Of a stretch of 64,000 bases of DNA, positions 40,484 to 48,767 are shown one piece after another. Position 1 is the first letter of the stretch; every line of letters starts with the position of its first letter. Below the pieces are notes generated by a model. The model did no database searches. It was not told where the DNA came from and worked only from the letters and a program-made list of their open reading frames with translations. A program made the translations under genes and the position numbers. Source of the stretch: Candidatus Zixiibacteriota bacterium. Its GTDB lineage: Bacteria; Zixibacteria; MSB-5A5; GN15; JAAZOE01. The stretch spans positions 96,001-160,000 of the forward strand of contig JBDREQ010000073.1 in the NCBI GenBank assembly GCA_043819555.1, in the 5' to 3' direction.

Positions 40484-40507
40484 TCTTTTATTTCCGATAC
40501 AGTCTAT

Positions 40508-41293
40508 ATGGATAAGCAATTGTTAATATATTTATTATTGGCATTGACAGGGCTTTCAATCGGCTCATTTACAAATGTCCTGATTTATCGTCTGCCGAGA
40601 AAAATGCCATTAGTATTTTCTCGTTCTATCTGCCCCAATTGCCGCATGCCGATACCTTTTTACTGCAACATTCCGGTGCTATCATATATTTTATTATTGG
40701 GGCGCTGCAAAATATGCCGCCATCCTATTTCACCCCGGTATCCGCTCGTGGAAATTCTAAACGCCGCGGCCTATATTCTGCTTTATTATCTTAATGGCTG
40801 GTCGCCGCAATTGCCTATTCATTGTTTCCTGGCCTCGTCTCTGATAGTAATTTTTTTCATTGATCTTGAGTTCCAAATAATCCCCGATGCCATTACTATT
40901 CCCGGGATGATTATAGGGCTGGCCAGTGCGGTTTTTGTCAGCAATCTTGGGATTTTAAATTCAATTATTGGGTTTTTAGTTGGCGGCCTTTCACTTTTGG
41001 CAATTGCCTATCTGGGTGAATGGTTGTTCAAGAAAGAAGCGATGGGTGGCGGGGATATAAAAATGGCGGCGATGCTGGGGGCATTTGTCGGCTGGCAAAA
41101 AGTAATTCTCATATTTTTCGGCGGAGCCGTAATCGGTATGCTGGTTTCCATCGTCTGGATGCTGATATCCAGGAAAATTCGCCATGAGCGGGTAATTCCG
41201 TTCGGGCCGTTTTTGGCGCTGGCCGCTTTTATAATAATCATTTATGGCGAACAGATATTAGAATATTATATAAAAACGTTCCTTGTCGCCTAA
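40508..41293 (+). CDS. pilD: Prepilin peptidase (A24A)
   Basis: GSFTNVLIYRLP, two CxxC motifs, YPLVE, FIDLE, MGGGDIK, PFGPFL. Confidence 0.95.
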   Translation: MDKQLLIYLLLALTGLSIGSFTNVLIYRLPRKMPLVFSRSICPNCRMPIPFYCNIPVLSYILLLGRCKICRHPISPRYPLVEILNAAAYILLYYLNGWSPQLPIHCFLASSLIVIFFIDLEFQIIPDAITIPGMIIGLASAVFVSNLGILNSIIGFLVGGLSLLAIAYLGEWLFKKEAMGGGDIKMAAMLGAFVGWQKVILIFFGGAVIGMLVSIVWMLISRKIRHERVIPFGPFLALAAFIIIIYGEQILEYYIKTFLVA

Positions 41294-41373
41294 AGCGTTA
41301 CCATCGAAAATACTAATTATTCGGAAAGCACTTCATTCTCAACGAAACTCCCTTTTATGCCGAAATATAAAAT

Positions 41374-43230
41374 ATGCGCGCTCTATTAAATAGATATGAA
41401 ACTGATATCCGATTGGGATTGCTAATTATTGTAGTCCTCCTGATGCTTCTTAATATTAGTACAACTTTTCTGTTTTATCAGGCCAAAAGTCGGACAATTT
41501 CTGAAATTGACGAAAATCTTGCAGCGGCTTTGGATTTTGGCGCGGCCATGGTAGGAAAAAACCAAAAAGGAATATTGCTTCCCGAACAAGTTGAATATCT
41601 AAAAAGGAATTTTAATTTGTTGGGGGCGCATCTGCATAGCATAGATTCCATAGAGGTCTTTAATAAAGTGCCCAGCAAGTTAAATAGTCTGGACAAAACA
41701 TTTCCTTTAATTGAAGCCGAAGACTGGAAACGATTATGGCAAGGCGAGATGAAGTTTCATCGCGGGGGAATCGCCAGAATACGATATGGTCTTGCGGTTA
41801 ATCATATTTCCAAGGGGAAAGCAATTCTGCTGGCTTTCCATGCTGATTCTCGAATCGTGGATAATATCGGTCAGGCGTCGAAATACGCCATTTATCCGGC
41901 TATTGCGATTCTTATCCTGATAGTACCACTTACAATAATTCTGCCCCGAGTGATTTTGAAGCCGTTCAAACAAATGCGCAAAACAGCGGAGGAAGCCGGG
42001 CATCTCAAGTCGGTTTCCGATGGTGATGATGATGTAATACAGATAATAGATTCTTATAAAAAAAGCATTAAACAGCTAAAAGATAATGAGATTGAATTAA
42101 AACGCCTATATCAGGAAAGCTCAAACAAGGCCGAGCGGCTGGAAAGACTTAATCAATACATTCTAAAGTCCATTGCTTCGGGTATTATTAACGTCGATTT
42201 GACAGGAAAAATCATTGGTTATAATCGGGCTGCTGGTGAGATTCTTGGCTATCCGGATGACCTGGTGATGGGCAAGTATTATCTGGCTGCATTTCCGGAT
42301 GAACCCGAAGTAAATCGAATTATTGAGGCTGGATTGGAACGGGGTGAGAGTATTTGCCGGAGAGAACTGGAATTATACCGTCAGGGCAATATGCGGATAT
42401 GGCTGGGCATTGAAAGCTCTCAGATTTTCGATGATCAAAACCGGGCGATAGGCGTTACACTTTTAATAACGGATTTAACCGAAGTAAAGCAGCTTCAATC
42501 GGAATTGGAAATAAACAGACAAATGGCCGCGCTGGGCGAAATGACCGCGGGGCTGGCGCATCAACTGAGAAATTCTCTGGCGGCTATTTCAGGATTCTCT
42601 CAACTTCTCAAGAAAAAAACAAAAGGGGAATCATCAATATCCGAAATTGCCGATTCAATTCGGTCGGAATCTGCGGCTTCCGAACAAATGGTCCGCCGAT
42701 TTCTCGATTTTTCTCGCCCGCTCTCAATATCACATGAGTATATAGATTTTGGGAAGTTAATAGATGATATTGCGGAAAAATTCATGCTGATCGGTAAAGA
42801 GCGAAATATATCAATTGTAGTAAATCTAATGGTCGGACAAGTTCGAGTAATGGGGGATTTTCTATTATTAAAAGAGGCTATTTCAAATGTGATTGATAAT
42901 TCAATTCGGGAAATCAATCAAAATGGTACAATCGAAATATCCGCAGAAATTTGCTCCGGAAACGAAGCCGTTATTTCTATTACCGATGATGGCCCCGGAA
43001 TAGATAAGAAAATATTGAATAAACTATTTACTCCATTTGTTTCATCCAGACCTTCAGGAACGGGATTGGGACTTGCCTTGACGAGGAAAATAGTAAATTT
43101 GCATGATGGCAGTATTGGTTTTGATACGGGTTATCCCTCCGGAGCTCGCTGCGAAATTCGCCTTCCTATTATGGTCACCGCTGATATGGATAATCAGGCA
43201 TTTGATTCTTGTGCCGTCAAAAATGTGTAG
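41374..43230 (+). CDS. Membrane PAS-domain sensor histidine kinase (NtrB/AtoS-like)
   Basis: Two TM helices, HAMP-like segment, PAS, AHQLRNSL phospho-His box, NVIDNS, DDGPG, GTGLGL. Confidence 0.92.
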   Translation: MRALLNRYETDIRLGLLIIVVLLMLLNISTTFLFYQAKSRTISEIDENLAAALDFGAAMVGKNQKGILLPEQVEYLKRNFNLLGAHLHSIDSIEVFNKVPSKLNSLDKTFPLIEAEDWKRLWQGEMKFHRGGIARIRYGLAVNHISKGKAILLAFHADSRIVDNIGQASKYAIYPAIAILILIVPLTIILPRVILKPFKQMRKTAEEAGHLKSVSDGDDDVIQIIDSYKKSIKQLKDNEIELKRLYQESSNKAERLERLNQYILKSIASGIINVDLTGKIIGYNRAAGEILGYPDDLVMGKYYLAAFPDEPEVNRIIEAGLERGESICRRELELYRQGNMRIWLGIESSQIFDDQNRAIGVTLLITDLTEVKQLQSELEINRQMAALGEMTAGLAHQLRNSLAAISGFSQLLKKKTKGESSISEIADSIRSESAASEQMVRRFLDFSRPLSISHEYIDFGKLIDDIAEKFMLIGKERNISIVVNLMVGQVRVMGDFLLLKEAISNVIDNSIREINQNGTIEISAEICSGNEAVISITDDGPGIDKKILNKLFTPFVSSRPSGTGLGLALTRKIVNLHDGSIGFDTGYPSGARCEIRLPIMVTADMDNQAFDSCAVKNV

Positions 43231-43295
43231 CGAACGGCCATATTTTTATTATATTTGCCCCGTCATATATTAAACAAGTAAATTTTGGAGGTACA

Positions 43296-43856
43296 ATGAT
43301 AACCGCTGGTGATTTTCGCAAAGGTATGAGAGTCCTTGTCGATGGCGAACCGTATATAATCGTAGATTTTTCCATGGCCAAGATGGGGCGCGGGCGGCCT
43401 CATACCAAGGCCAAATTGAAACATCTGATAACCGGTTCAGTTTTTGAAAAATCGTATTTATCGAGTGAGAATTTTGAACTGCCGGATTTGGAAAATAGAA
43501 AAATGCAATATTTATATAATGACATTGATGGCTACCACTTTATGGATTCGGGCACTTATGAGCAAAGTGTTTTATCCAAAGATAATCTGGGCGATACCAG
43601 ATTTTACCTGATGGAAAATCATGAATATTCCATTTTGTTTTTTGAAGGACATCCGATTTCGCTGGATATGCCGGCCTCGGTCATACTGGAGGTTGTCGAT
43701 GCCGAACCGGCGGTTAAGGGAGATACCGTATCGAATATTCAAAAGGGAGCCACTCTGGAATCAGGACTCATTGTAAAGGTACCTTTATTTGTAAAACCGG
43801 GAGATAAGATAAAGGTCGACACGCGGACCGGCCAGTATATTGAGCGGGCCAATTAG
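43296..43856 (+). CDS. efp: Elongation factor P
   Basis: DFRKG, KMGRG loop, PAVKGDT, VPLFV, KVDTRTGQY; GGAGG RBS before ATG 43296. Confidence 0.96.
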   Translation: MITAGDFRKGMRVLVDGEPYIIVDFSMAKMGRGRPHTKAKLKHLITGSVFEKSYLSSENFELPDLENRKMQYLYNDIDGYHFMDSGTYEQSVLSKDNLGDTRFYLMENHEYSILFFEGHPISLDMPASVILEVVDAEPAVKGDTVSNIQKGATLESGLIVKVPLFVKPGDKIKVDTRTGQYIERAN

Positions 43857-44497
43857 TGGACGATTACGATGGCCCTATAATCGGTGTCGATGAATCGGGG
43901 AAAGGGGATTTTTTTGGACCGCTGGTGATCGCGGCGGTTTGTCTTAAGCCGGATCAATTTCAAAAACTTATTGATATGGGAGTCAAAGATTCCAAAAATA
44001 TCTCAGACAAAAAAATACAGCGTTTGTCGGGCGAAATTAAGAATCAATGCGAATTTGATGTTATTATCATAAACCCCCTGAAATATAATCAGCTTTATCA
44101 GAAGATAAAAAACCTGAATCAATTATTGGGTTGGGGGCATGCTCGCGCCATAGAAAATCTCCTGGCAAAAACGTCAGCAAAAAGAGCAATCTCTGATAAA
44201 TTTGGAAATGAAAAATTTATTAGGGATAATTTGCTGGAAAAGGGCAAGATGATTGAGTTGATTCAGAAGGTCAGGGGTGAGGCTCATCCGGCCGTCGCGG
44301 CGGCGTCAATAGTAGCGCGGGCAGAATTTGTCAAACGCATGGATTCTTTGTCCAAAGAAGTCGGATTTAAACTCCCTCTGGGCGCTTCTATGATTGTCGA
44401 TAATGCTGGAAGAGAATTGGTAAAAAAAGAAGGACGCGGCATATTGGACAAAACCGCCAAGATTCATTTCAAGAATTATAAAAAAATATTTGCCTGA
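43856..44497 (+). CDS. rnhC: Ribonuclease HIII, catalytic domain only
   Basis: GVDESGKGDFFGPL, GVKDSK, LNQLLGWGH, SDKF, VAAASIVAR, AKIHF. Confidence 0.88.
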   Translation: MDDYDGPIIGVDESGKGDFFGPLVIAAVCLKPDQFQKLIDMGVKDSKNISDKKIQRLSGEIKNQCEFDVIIINPLKYNQLYQKIKNLNQLLGWGHARAIENLLAKTSAKRAISDKFGNEKFIRDNLLEKGKMIELIQKVRGEAHPAVAAASIVARAEFVKRMDSLSKEVGFKLPLGASMIVDNAGRELVKKEGRGILDKTAKIHFKNYKKIFA

Positions 44498-45294
44498 TGA
44501 AATTGTTGAATGATATATTGGGTGATCGAACTTCAGGAGCTTCCGCCCTTTATAAGAAAACACTAAATCTTCTTCAAACTGAGACAAAATATAATGCGCC
44601 GGATGAAGCGCTCAGGATAATTGACAAAATAAAATCTCAATTCCCCGAAATGGCGGTATTTGAATATTTGTCTCTTATGACAAGGCGTTCCAATAAAAAC
44701 GAATACTTAGCGGTCCTTCGGTTTCTTGAACTGGAATGCTCTACTGAGCTGAAATTAATAAATAATCAGTTGAATAAGATATGGCTTAGACGAAAAAGAA
44801 TCGTTACTTTTTCCAATTCATCTGTTGTGGAGCATATCATATGTGAAAACCAGATTAAAGTTGAATCGGTATTATTATCTCAAGCTTCACCTAAAAATGA
44901 AGGGGTAATTCTCGGCGAAAAATTGCACAACGCGGGATTAAAAGTTGAAATATGCTCCGACGCCGCTTTGCCAAATCTGATTAAAAAATCCGATTATATA
45001 TTTCTTGGCGCCGACTGTGTGGCAAAGAGATATTTTATTAATAAGGCGGGGACCTATCCTCTGCTGTTAGCCGCAAAGGCAAAGTGCGCTAGATCATTCA
45101 TATTTTGCGAAAAGTTTAAAATTATTCCATCGTTCAAGTTCGCTCCGGGATCGCAGGATTCATCAGAAATAGCCCGTCCCTTATCCGGCAATATGAGGGT
45201 AAACAATTATTATTTCGAAAGAATTCCAATTAATCTCGCGGATTATTTGATCTCGGGATACGGGATAAAAATAATAAAGACCGGGAGGCAATAG
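44497..45294 (+). CDS. eIF-2B alpha/beta/delta / ribose-bisphosphate isomerase superfamily protein
   Basis: DRTSGA, TFSNSSVV, P..EG, GAD, NKAGT, CEKFK, N.YFERIP. Confidence 0.8.
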   Translation: MKLLNDILGDRTSGASALYKKTLNLLQTETKYNAPDEALRIIDKIKSQFPEMAVFEYLSLMTRRSNKNEYLAVLRFLELECSTELKLINNQLNKIWLRRKRIVTFSNSSVVEHIICENQIKVESVLLSQASPKNEGVILGEKLHNAGLKVEICSDAALPNLIKKSDYIFLGADCVAKRYFINKAGTYPLLLAAKAKCARSFIFCEKFKIIPSFKFAPGSQDSSEIARPLSGNMRVNNYYFERIPINLADYLISGYGIKIIKTGRQ

Positions 45295-45302
45295 ACTCCC
45301 GG
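45268..45302 (-). terminator. Intrinsic terminator of the minus-strand lipoprotein gene
   Basis: CCGGGAG-N8-CTCCCGG hairpin followed on the minus strand by TCTTTATTATTTT. Confidence 0.6.
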
Positions 45303-45331
45303 CTTCGTTACACATAGGGATGGCGACAGAT

Positions 45332-46069
45332 TTAATATTCTACTTTTTGATAATCCGTAATTATACTCAGGACTCTATTGTTATCACTGCTCAAAGAGCC
45401 TGAAATATTTTCATATTTTACAAGACCAATCCCGGCGGCATACCAGAAATAGGAATAAGAATTTTCACCGGTCTGCCTCTCGACTTTCAAACAGTTGCCA
45501 TGGGATTTTCCGTCAAGAGTTTTTACAGTTTCTTTGCCGGCTATGGTCATAATCGTGTACTCAGAGCCTGGAAGAGTCTTATTAAAGTATCCATATCCGT
45601 CGGGAGGATTACCGCCATCATTATCTCCGTAAATATTTGGATCATTAGTGCCTGATGACCCGTTATCTTCGATACGATTCCAGCTATGACCAATTACAAA
45701 TGGAGATTCAAGAATTTTATCTCCGCGTTGATTGGTTGAAGAAGATTCAAAAATTGCATTGCCATCGGAATACATGTAAGTGTACCATAGCTCATTGGTT
45801 GTGTTGTTAACGTGTCTGATAGTAAACCCCGGATTACCGTTTATTGATACAGGATCAGTCACTTCGATGCTAAAATACTCGGTAGATGGTTCAACGGTCG
45901 CATAATTAATTCGCCAACCTTGTTCCATTTGTACATAGACTGTTGCCGGCGCGTTTTCAGAAATGGATGACGTTGAACTGATAAATGAATTGTCGGAACA
46001 TCCGACGAACCAGATTGAAAGTGCAATAACTGCAATTGATGTCATCCAAAGCAACTTTCTTAATAGCAT
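45332..46069 (-). CDS. Lipoprotein of unknown function
   Basis: Lipobox FVGC, Ser-rich linker, C-terminal WYAAGIGLVK beta motif; GGGGGAGG RBS. Confidence 0.75.
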   Translation of the reverse strand: MLLRKLLWMTSIAVIALSIWFVGCSDNSFISSTSSISENAPATVYVQMEQGWRINYATVEPSTEYFSIEVTDPVSINGNPGFTIRHVNNTTNELWYTYMYSDGNAIFESSSTNQRGDKILESPFVIGHSWNRIEDNGSSGTNDPNIYGDNDGGNPPDGYGYFNKTLPGSEYTIMTIAGKETVKTLDGKSHGNCLKVERQTGENSYSYFWYAAGIGLVKYENISGSLSSDNNRVLSIITDYQKVEY

Positions 46070-46124
46070 ATTACCTCCCCCGCAATTGGGTAAGCGGATT
46101 TAGTTTATTCTTTTCGGTAAGATT

Positions 46125-46140
46125 TGCAAAGTAGGTGCCG
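46125..46140 (-). promoter_or_regulatory. sigma54 (-24/-12) promoter
   Basis: Minus strand reads CGGCAC-CTACT-TTGCA, 55 nt upstream of the lipoprotein start. Confidence 0.75.
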
Positions 46141-46202
46141 AAACAGGAGAGAAATATAAGATGTTGTATCTCAAGAAGTTCGGGGGATTAATTTACCGGC
46201 GG

Positions 46203-46215
46203 TAAGTTTTTGATA
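46203..46215 (-). promoter_or_regulatory. IHF binding site
   Basis: Minus strand TATCAA-AAAC-TTA matches WATCAANNNNTTR, upstream of the sigma54 promoter. Confidence 0.55.
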
Positions 46216-46332
46216 CAGTTCAAATATGGGAATTAGTCAACATATTGTGGACATAAAGCCCCATGGCTTAAATAATAACGCAAATTGCCGATAATAGAAA
46301 AGGAGACAAAGGCTTAAAAGGTGGAGGCGGCA

Positions 46333-48441
46333 ATGCCACAATTGTATTACGATATGCTTTATTTTGCGACATTCGTTATTGTTTTTTGGGCCATGATCAG
46401 AACGGGTGGGAAAGCCCTCAAAACCGCTCAAGGAGCATTTTCAAAAATAGTTATAGGATTGTCTTTTCTAACCGGTTTCTCAATTATTCAGCTTCTGGGA
46501 AATCAAGGCTTGATGAACGGATTACCTTTTGTGAATAATTCCCTGAATAGGCAATTGATAGAGGCGATTTTAATAGTTATCGGACTTATTATACTCCTTA
46601 CCGGAGTCGGCGCATGGCTTCCCACTTGGACCAGAACAAAAACCTCCAGATCCAAATTTCAAAAACGGTATTCCTGCCTTAAAATGATTAATCAGATTTT
46701 GACCAGGAAACTGGATTATGATACGGCGATGGATCAAATAACAAATATTTTTTCAAGCTATCTTGAGATACCCAAATGTGCCGCCTTTAAGTACTCCAAA
46801 CGAAACGAAACCTTATACCTTTCAAGCGCCAGTGGTTTTGAATCGAGAAGCCCCGAAATATTTCGCGAGATTGCAATTTCGCAAACAGAATTAAAAACTA
46901 CGCTATATAAATCGCGAGTGACAAAAGATGCAGGGAATCATCCTGTCTTTATTAATGGCCGCCAACCCAGTATAATCATTCCGATTCATAATCGTGGACA
47001 GATATATGGCGCCATTATGTGCTGGACAAGCGGCAAATTACTCATCGACGATGATTTTATGGATTTCTTTTCATCGATAAGTGAAACGGTGGGAAATTTC
47101 ACGACCAATCTGATTAATAGTACCGGCCTAAAGTTATTAAAAAAGCATCAATCGATTAATCAAAGAATTGCTTCGTTATGTAATCAAGTATCATCAGTCC
47201 GGCAATTGATGCCGCCTCTTTTTAATATTTTAAAAAAGAATTTTGGTGTGGAATATATGTCGCTTGCTAATCTGGATAATTCCGGCGAAAATATGATGCG
47301 TTATACGATCGGCGCAAGCGGTCGCATGCTTTTGGAGAAAGGCGTAAATTTATCGACCAGGGGCACTGAAATAGAAGCGATATTCAAAAACTGTGATCCG
47401 ATTCTCTCGGCCCGTGTGACGCCGGGAATGAAGTTAATGGGCGACGATGGATTATTCATTTCTTCCGGCATGGAATCCAAACTGGCATGTCCTATAAAAT
47501 CAGGGGAAAAAGTCCTGGCCGTCATTGTTCTGGGCAATTCTAATCCCGACTTTTTCAAAAGAATGCATCTAAATCAAATTATGAATCTAACGGATTTAAT
47601 ATCGCCGGTATTGCAGCGTGGACGCCTCAGCCGAAAGCTTGAAACGCTGGACAGCCAGGTGGCTCGTCTGCAATTAATGGAAAGAAAATTACAGGAAGAG
47701 GTTGATATCGATGAATATTTTGATAATGCTTGCGAATTATTAGCCAGGAGAATGAAATGTACGATAGCCCGAATTTCATTGGTGGATGAAGATAGAAAGA
47801 CATTAATCAGCCATGCCCATCGAACCATCAGAGATACTGGAATAACATTTAAAGATAAATCCATAATTCCACTATCGCTTTTACCGTGGCACAAAATGAC
47901 AATTGAGGCCGAAAAACCAATGATGATAAATCAGGAAGACGACGAATCCCGCATGCAGCCTCAGGAATCCACCCAAACTCTATTGCCAAATATTAAATCG
48001 GCCATGTTAATACCTATTACTCTTAAAAACAAAGTGCGCGGTATCATTTCGATTGGCGAAGTGCGCAATTGGAATCGGCGTTCGTTCAATACTGGAGATA
48101 TGTTAATTGCGCGCGATGTCGCTGCCAAATGCTCAACAGCATTGAAAATAAGCAAGCTGGAATCGGAACCTCCATTTTCCACAATGGAACTTGATTTTGA
48201 AGAAAACCATTGCCTGGCCAATCGGGAACTTCTGACCAAAATCAAAAGTCCGATCACTTCACTTATGGGTGCCGTTGAACTACTGGAGAATCAAACCGAC
48301 ACCAAAGATGAAAAAGTAATACGATATCAAAATATGATTAAGAAATCGGCCAATCGATTGAAAGAAATGACCGATTGGGATGCTGTTTCTTCGTTTGTTA
48401 ATGATATTGAGGAAATTGAACCGGAGCAGGTCATCGGATAA
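46333..48441 (+). CDS. Membrane protein with about three GAF domains and a degenerate HisKA-like C-terminus
   Basis: Three N-terminal TM helices; GAF-like segments (IIIPIHNRGQIYGAI, LACPIKSGEKVLAVI, MLIPITLKNKVRGII); ends with TKIKSPITSLMGAVELL helices. Confidence 0.75.
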   Translation: MPQLYYDMLYFATFVIVFWAMIRTGGKALKTAQGAFSKIVIGLSFLTGFSIIQLLGNQGLMNGLPFVNNSLNRQLIEAILIVIGLIILLTGVGAWLPTWTRTKTSRSKFQKRYSCLKMINQILTRKLDYDTAMDQITNIFSSYLEIPKCAAFKYSKRNETLYLSSASGFESRSPEIFREIAISQTELKTTLYKSRVTKDAGNHPVFINGRQPSIIIPIHNRGQIYGAIMCWTSGKLLIDDDFMDFFSSISETVGNFTTNLINSTGLKLLKKHQSINQRIASLCNQVSSVRQLMPPLFNILKKNFGVEYMSLANLDNSGENMMRYTIGASGRMLLEKGVNLSTRGTEIEAIFKNCDPILSARVTPGMKLMGDDGLFISSGMESKLACPIKSGEKVLAVIVLGNSNPDFFKRMHLNQIMNLTDLISPVLQRGRLSRKLETLDSQVARLQLMERKLQEEVDIDEYFDNACELLARRMKCTIARISLVDEDRKTLISHAHRTIRDTGITFKDKSIIPLSLLPWHKMTIEAEKPMMINQEDDESRMQPQESTQTLLPNIKSAMLIPITLKNKVRGIISIGEVRNWNRRSFNTGDMLIARDVAAKCSTALKISKLESEPPFSTMELDFEENHCLANRELLTKIKSPITSLMGAVELLENQTDTKDEKVIRYQNMIKKSANRLKEMTDWDAVSSFVNDIEEIEPEQVIG

Positions 48442-48529
48442 ATTCGCTTTAATACTGCGGTATTCTGCAACTCATCGGAGAGTGCTGAAATTCATATTAT
48501 CAGATAATAGACTATCTTTTTTTATCCTA

Positions 48530-48557
48530 TTGACAAAAATCAAAGATCATATATATT
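48530..48557 (+). promoter_or_regulatory. sigma70-type promoter of the rib operon
   Basis: TTGACA-N16-TATATT immediately upstream of the riboswitch. Confidence 0.65.
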
Positions 48558-48564
48558 TCCCACA

Positions 48565-48689
48565 AATATCTTCGGGGTGAGGCGAAATTCCTCGACCGGC
48601 GGTTAAAGCCCGTGAGCGGAGTTCAATAGAATTCTGCTGAGCCGGTGAAATTCCGGCGCCGACGGTACAGTCCGGATGGGAGAAGATAG
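48565..48689 (+). ncRNA. FMN riboswitch (RFN element)
   Basis: ATCTTCGGGG..GG.GAAATTCC.CGACCGGCGGT.AAAGCCCG.GA...GA.CCGGTG.AATTCCGG.GCCGACGGT.AGTCCGGATGGGAGAAGA upstream of ribD. Confidence 0.97.
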
Positions 48690-48767
48690 GATTAAACGGA
48701 TTTATACGTCTGTTTAATAGTTTGAGATATAAAGCTCTCCCTGTCCCCGATAATATGGGGATTTTTT

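Noticed and set aside
48380..48580. Frameshifted HATPase continuation of the GAF sensor
   Set aside because: The translation has no N, G1 or G2 boxes and runs over the rib promoter and riboswitch.
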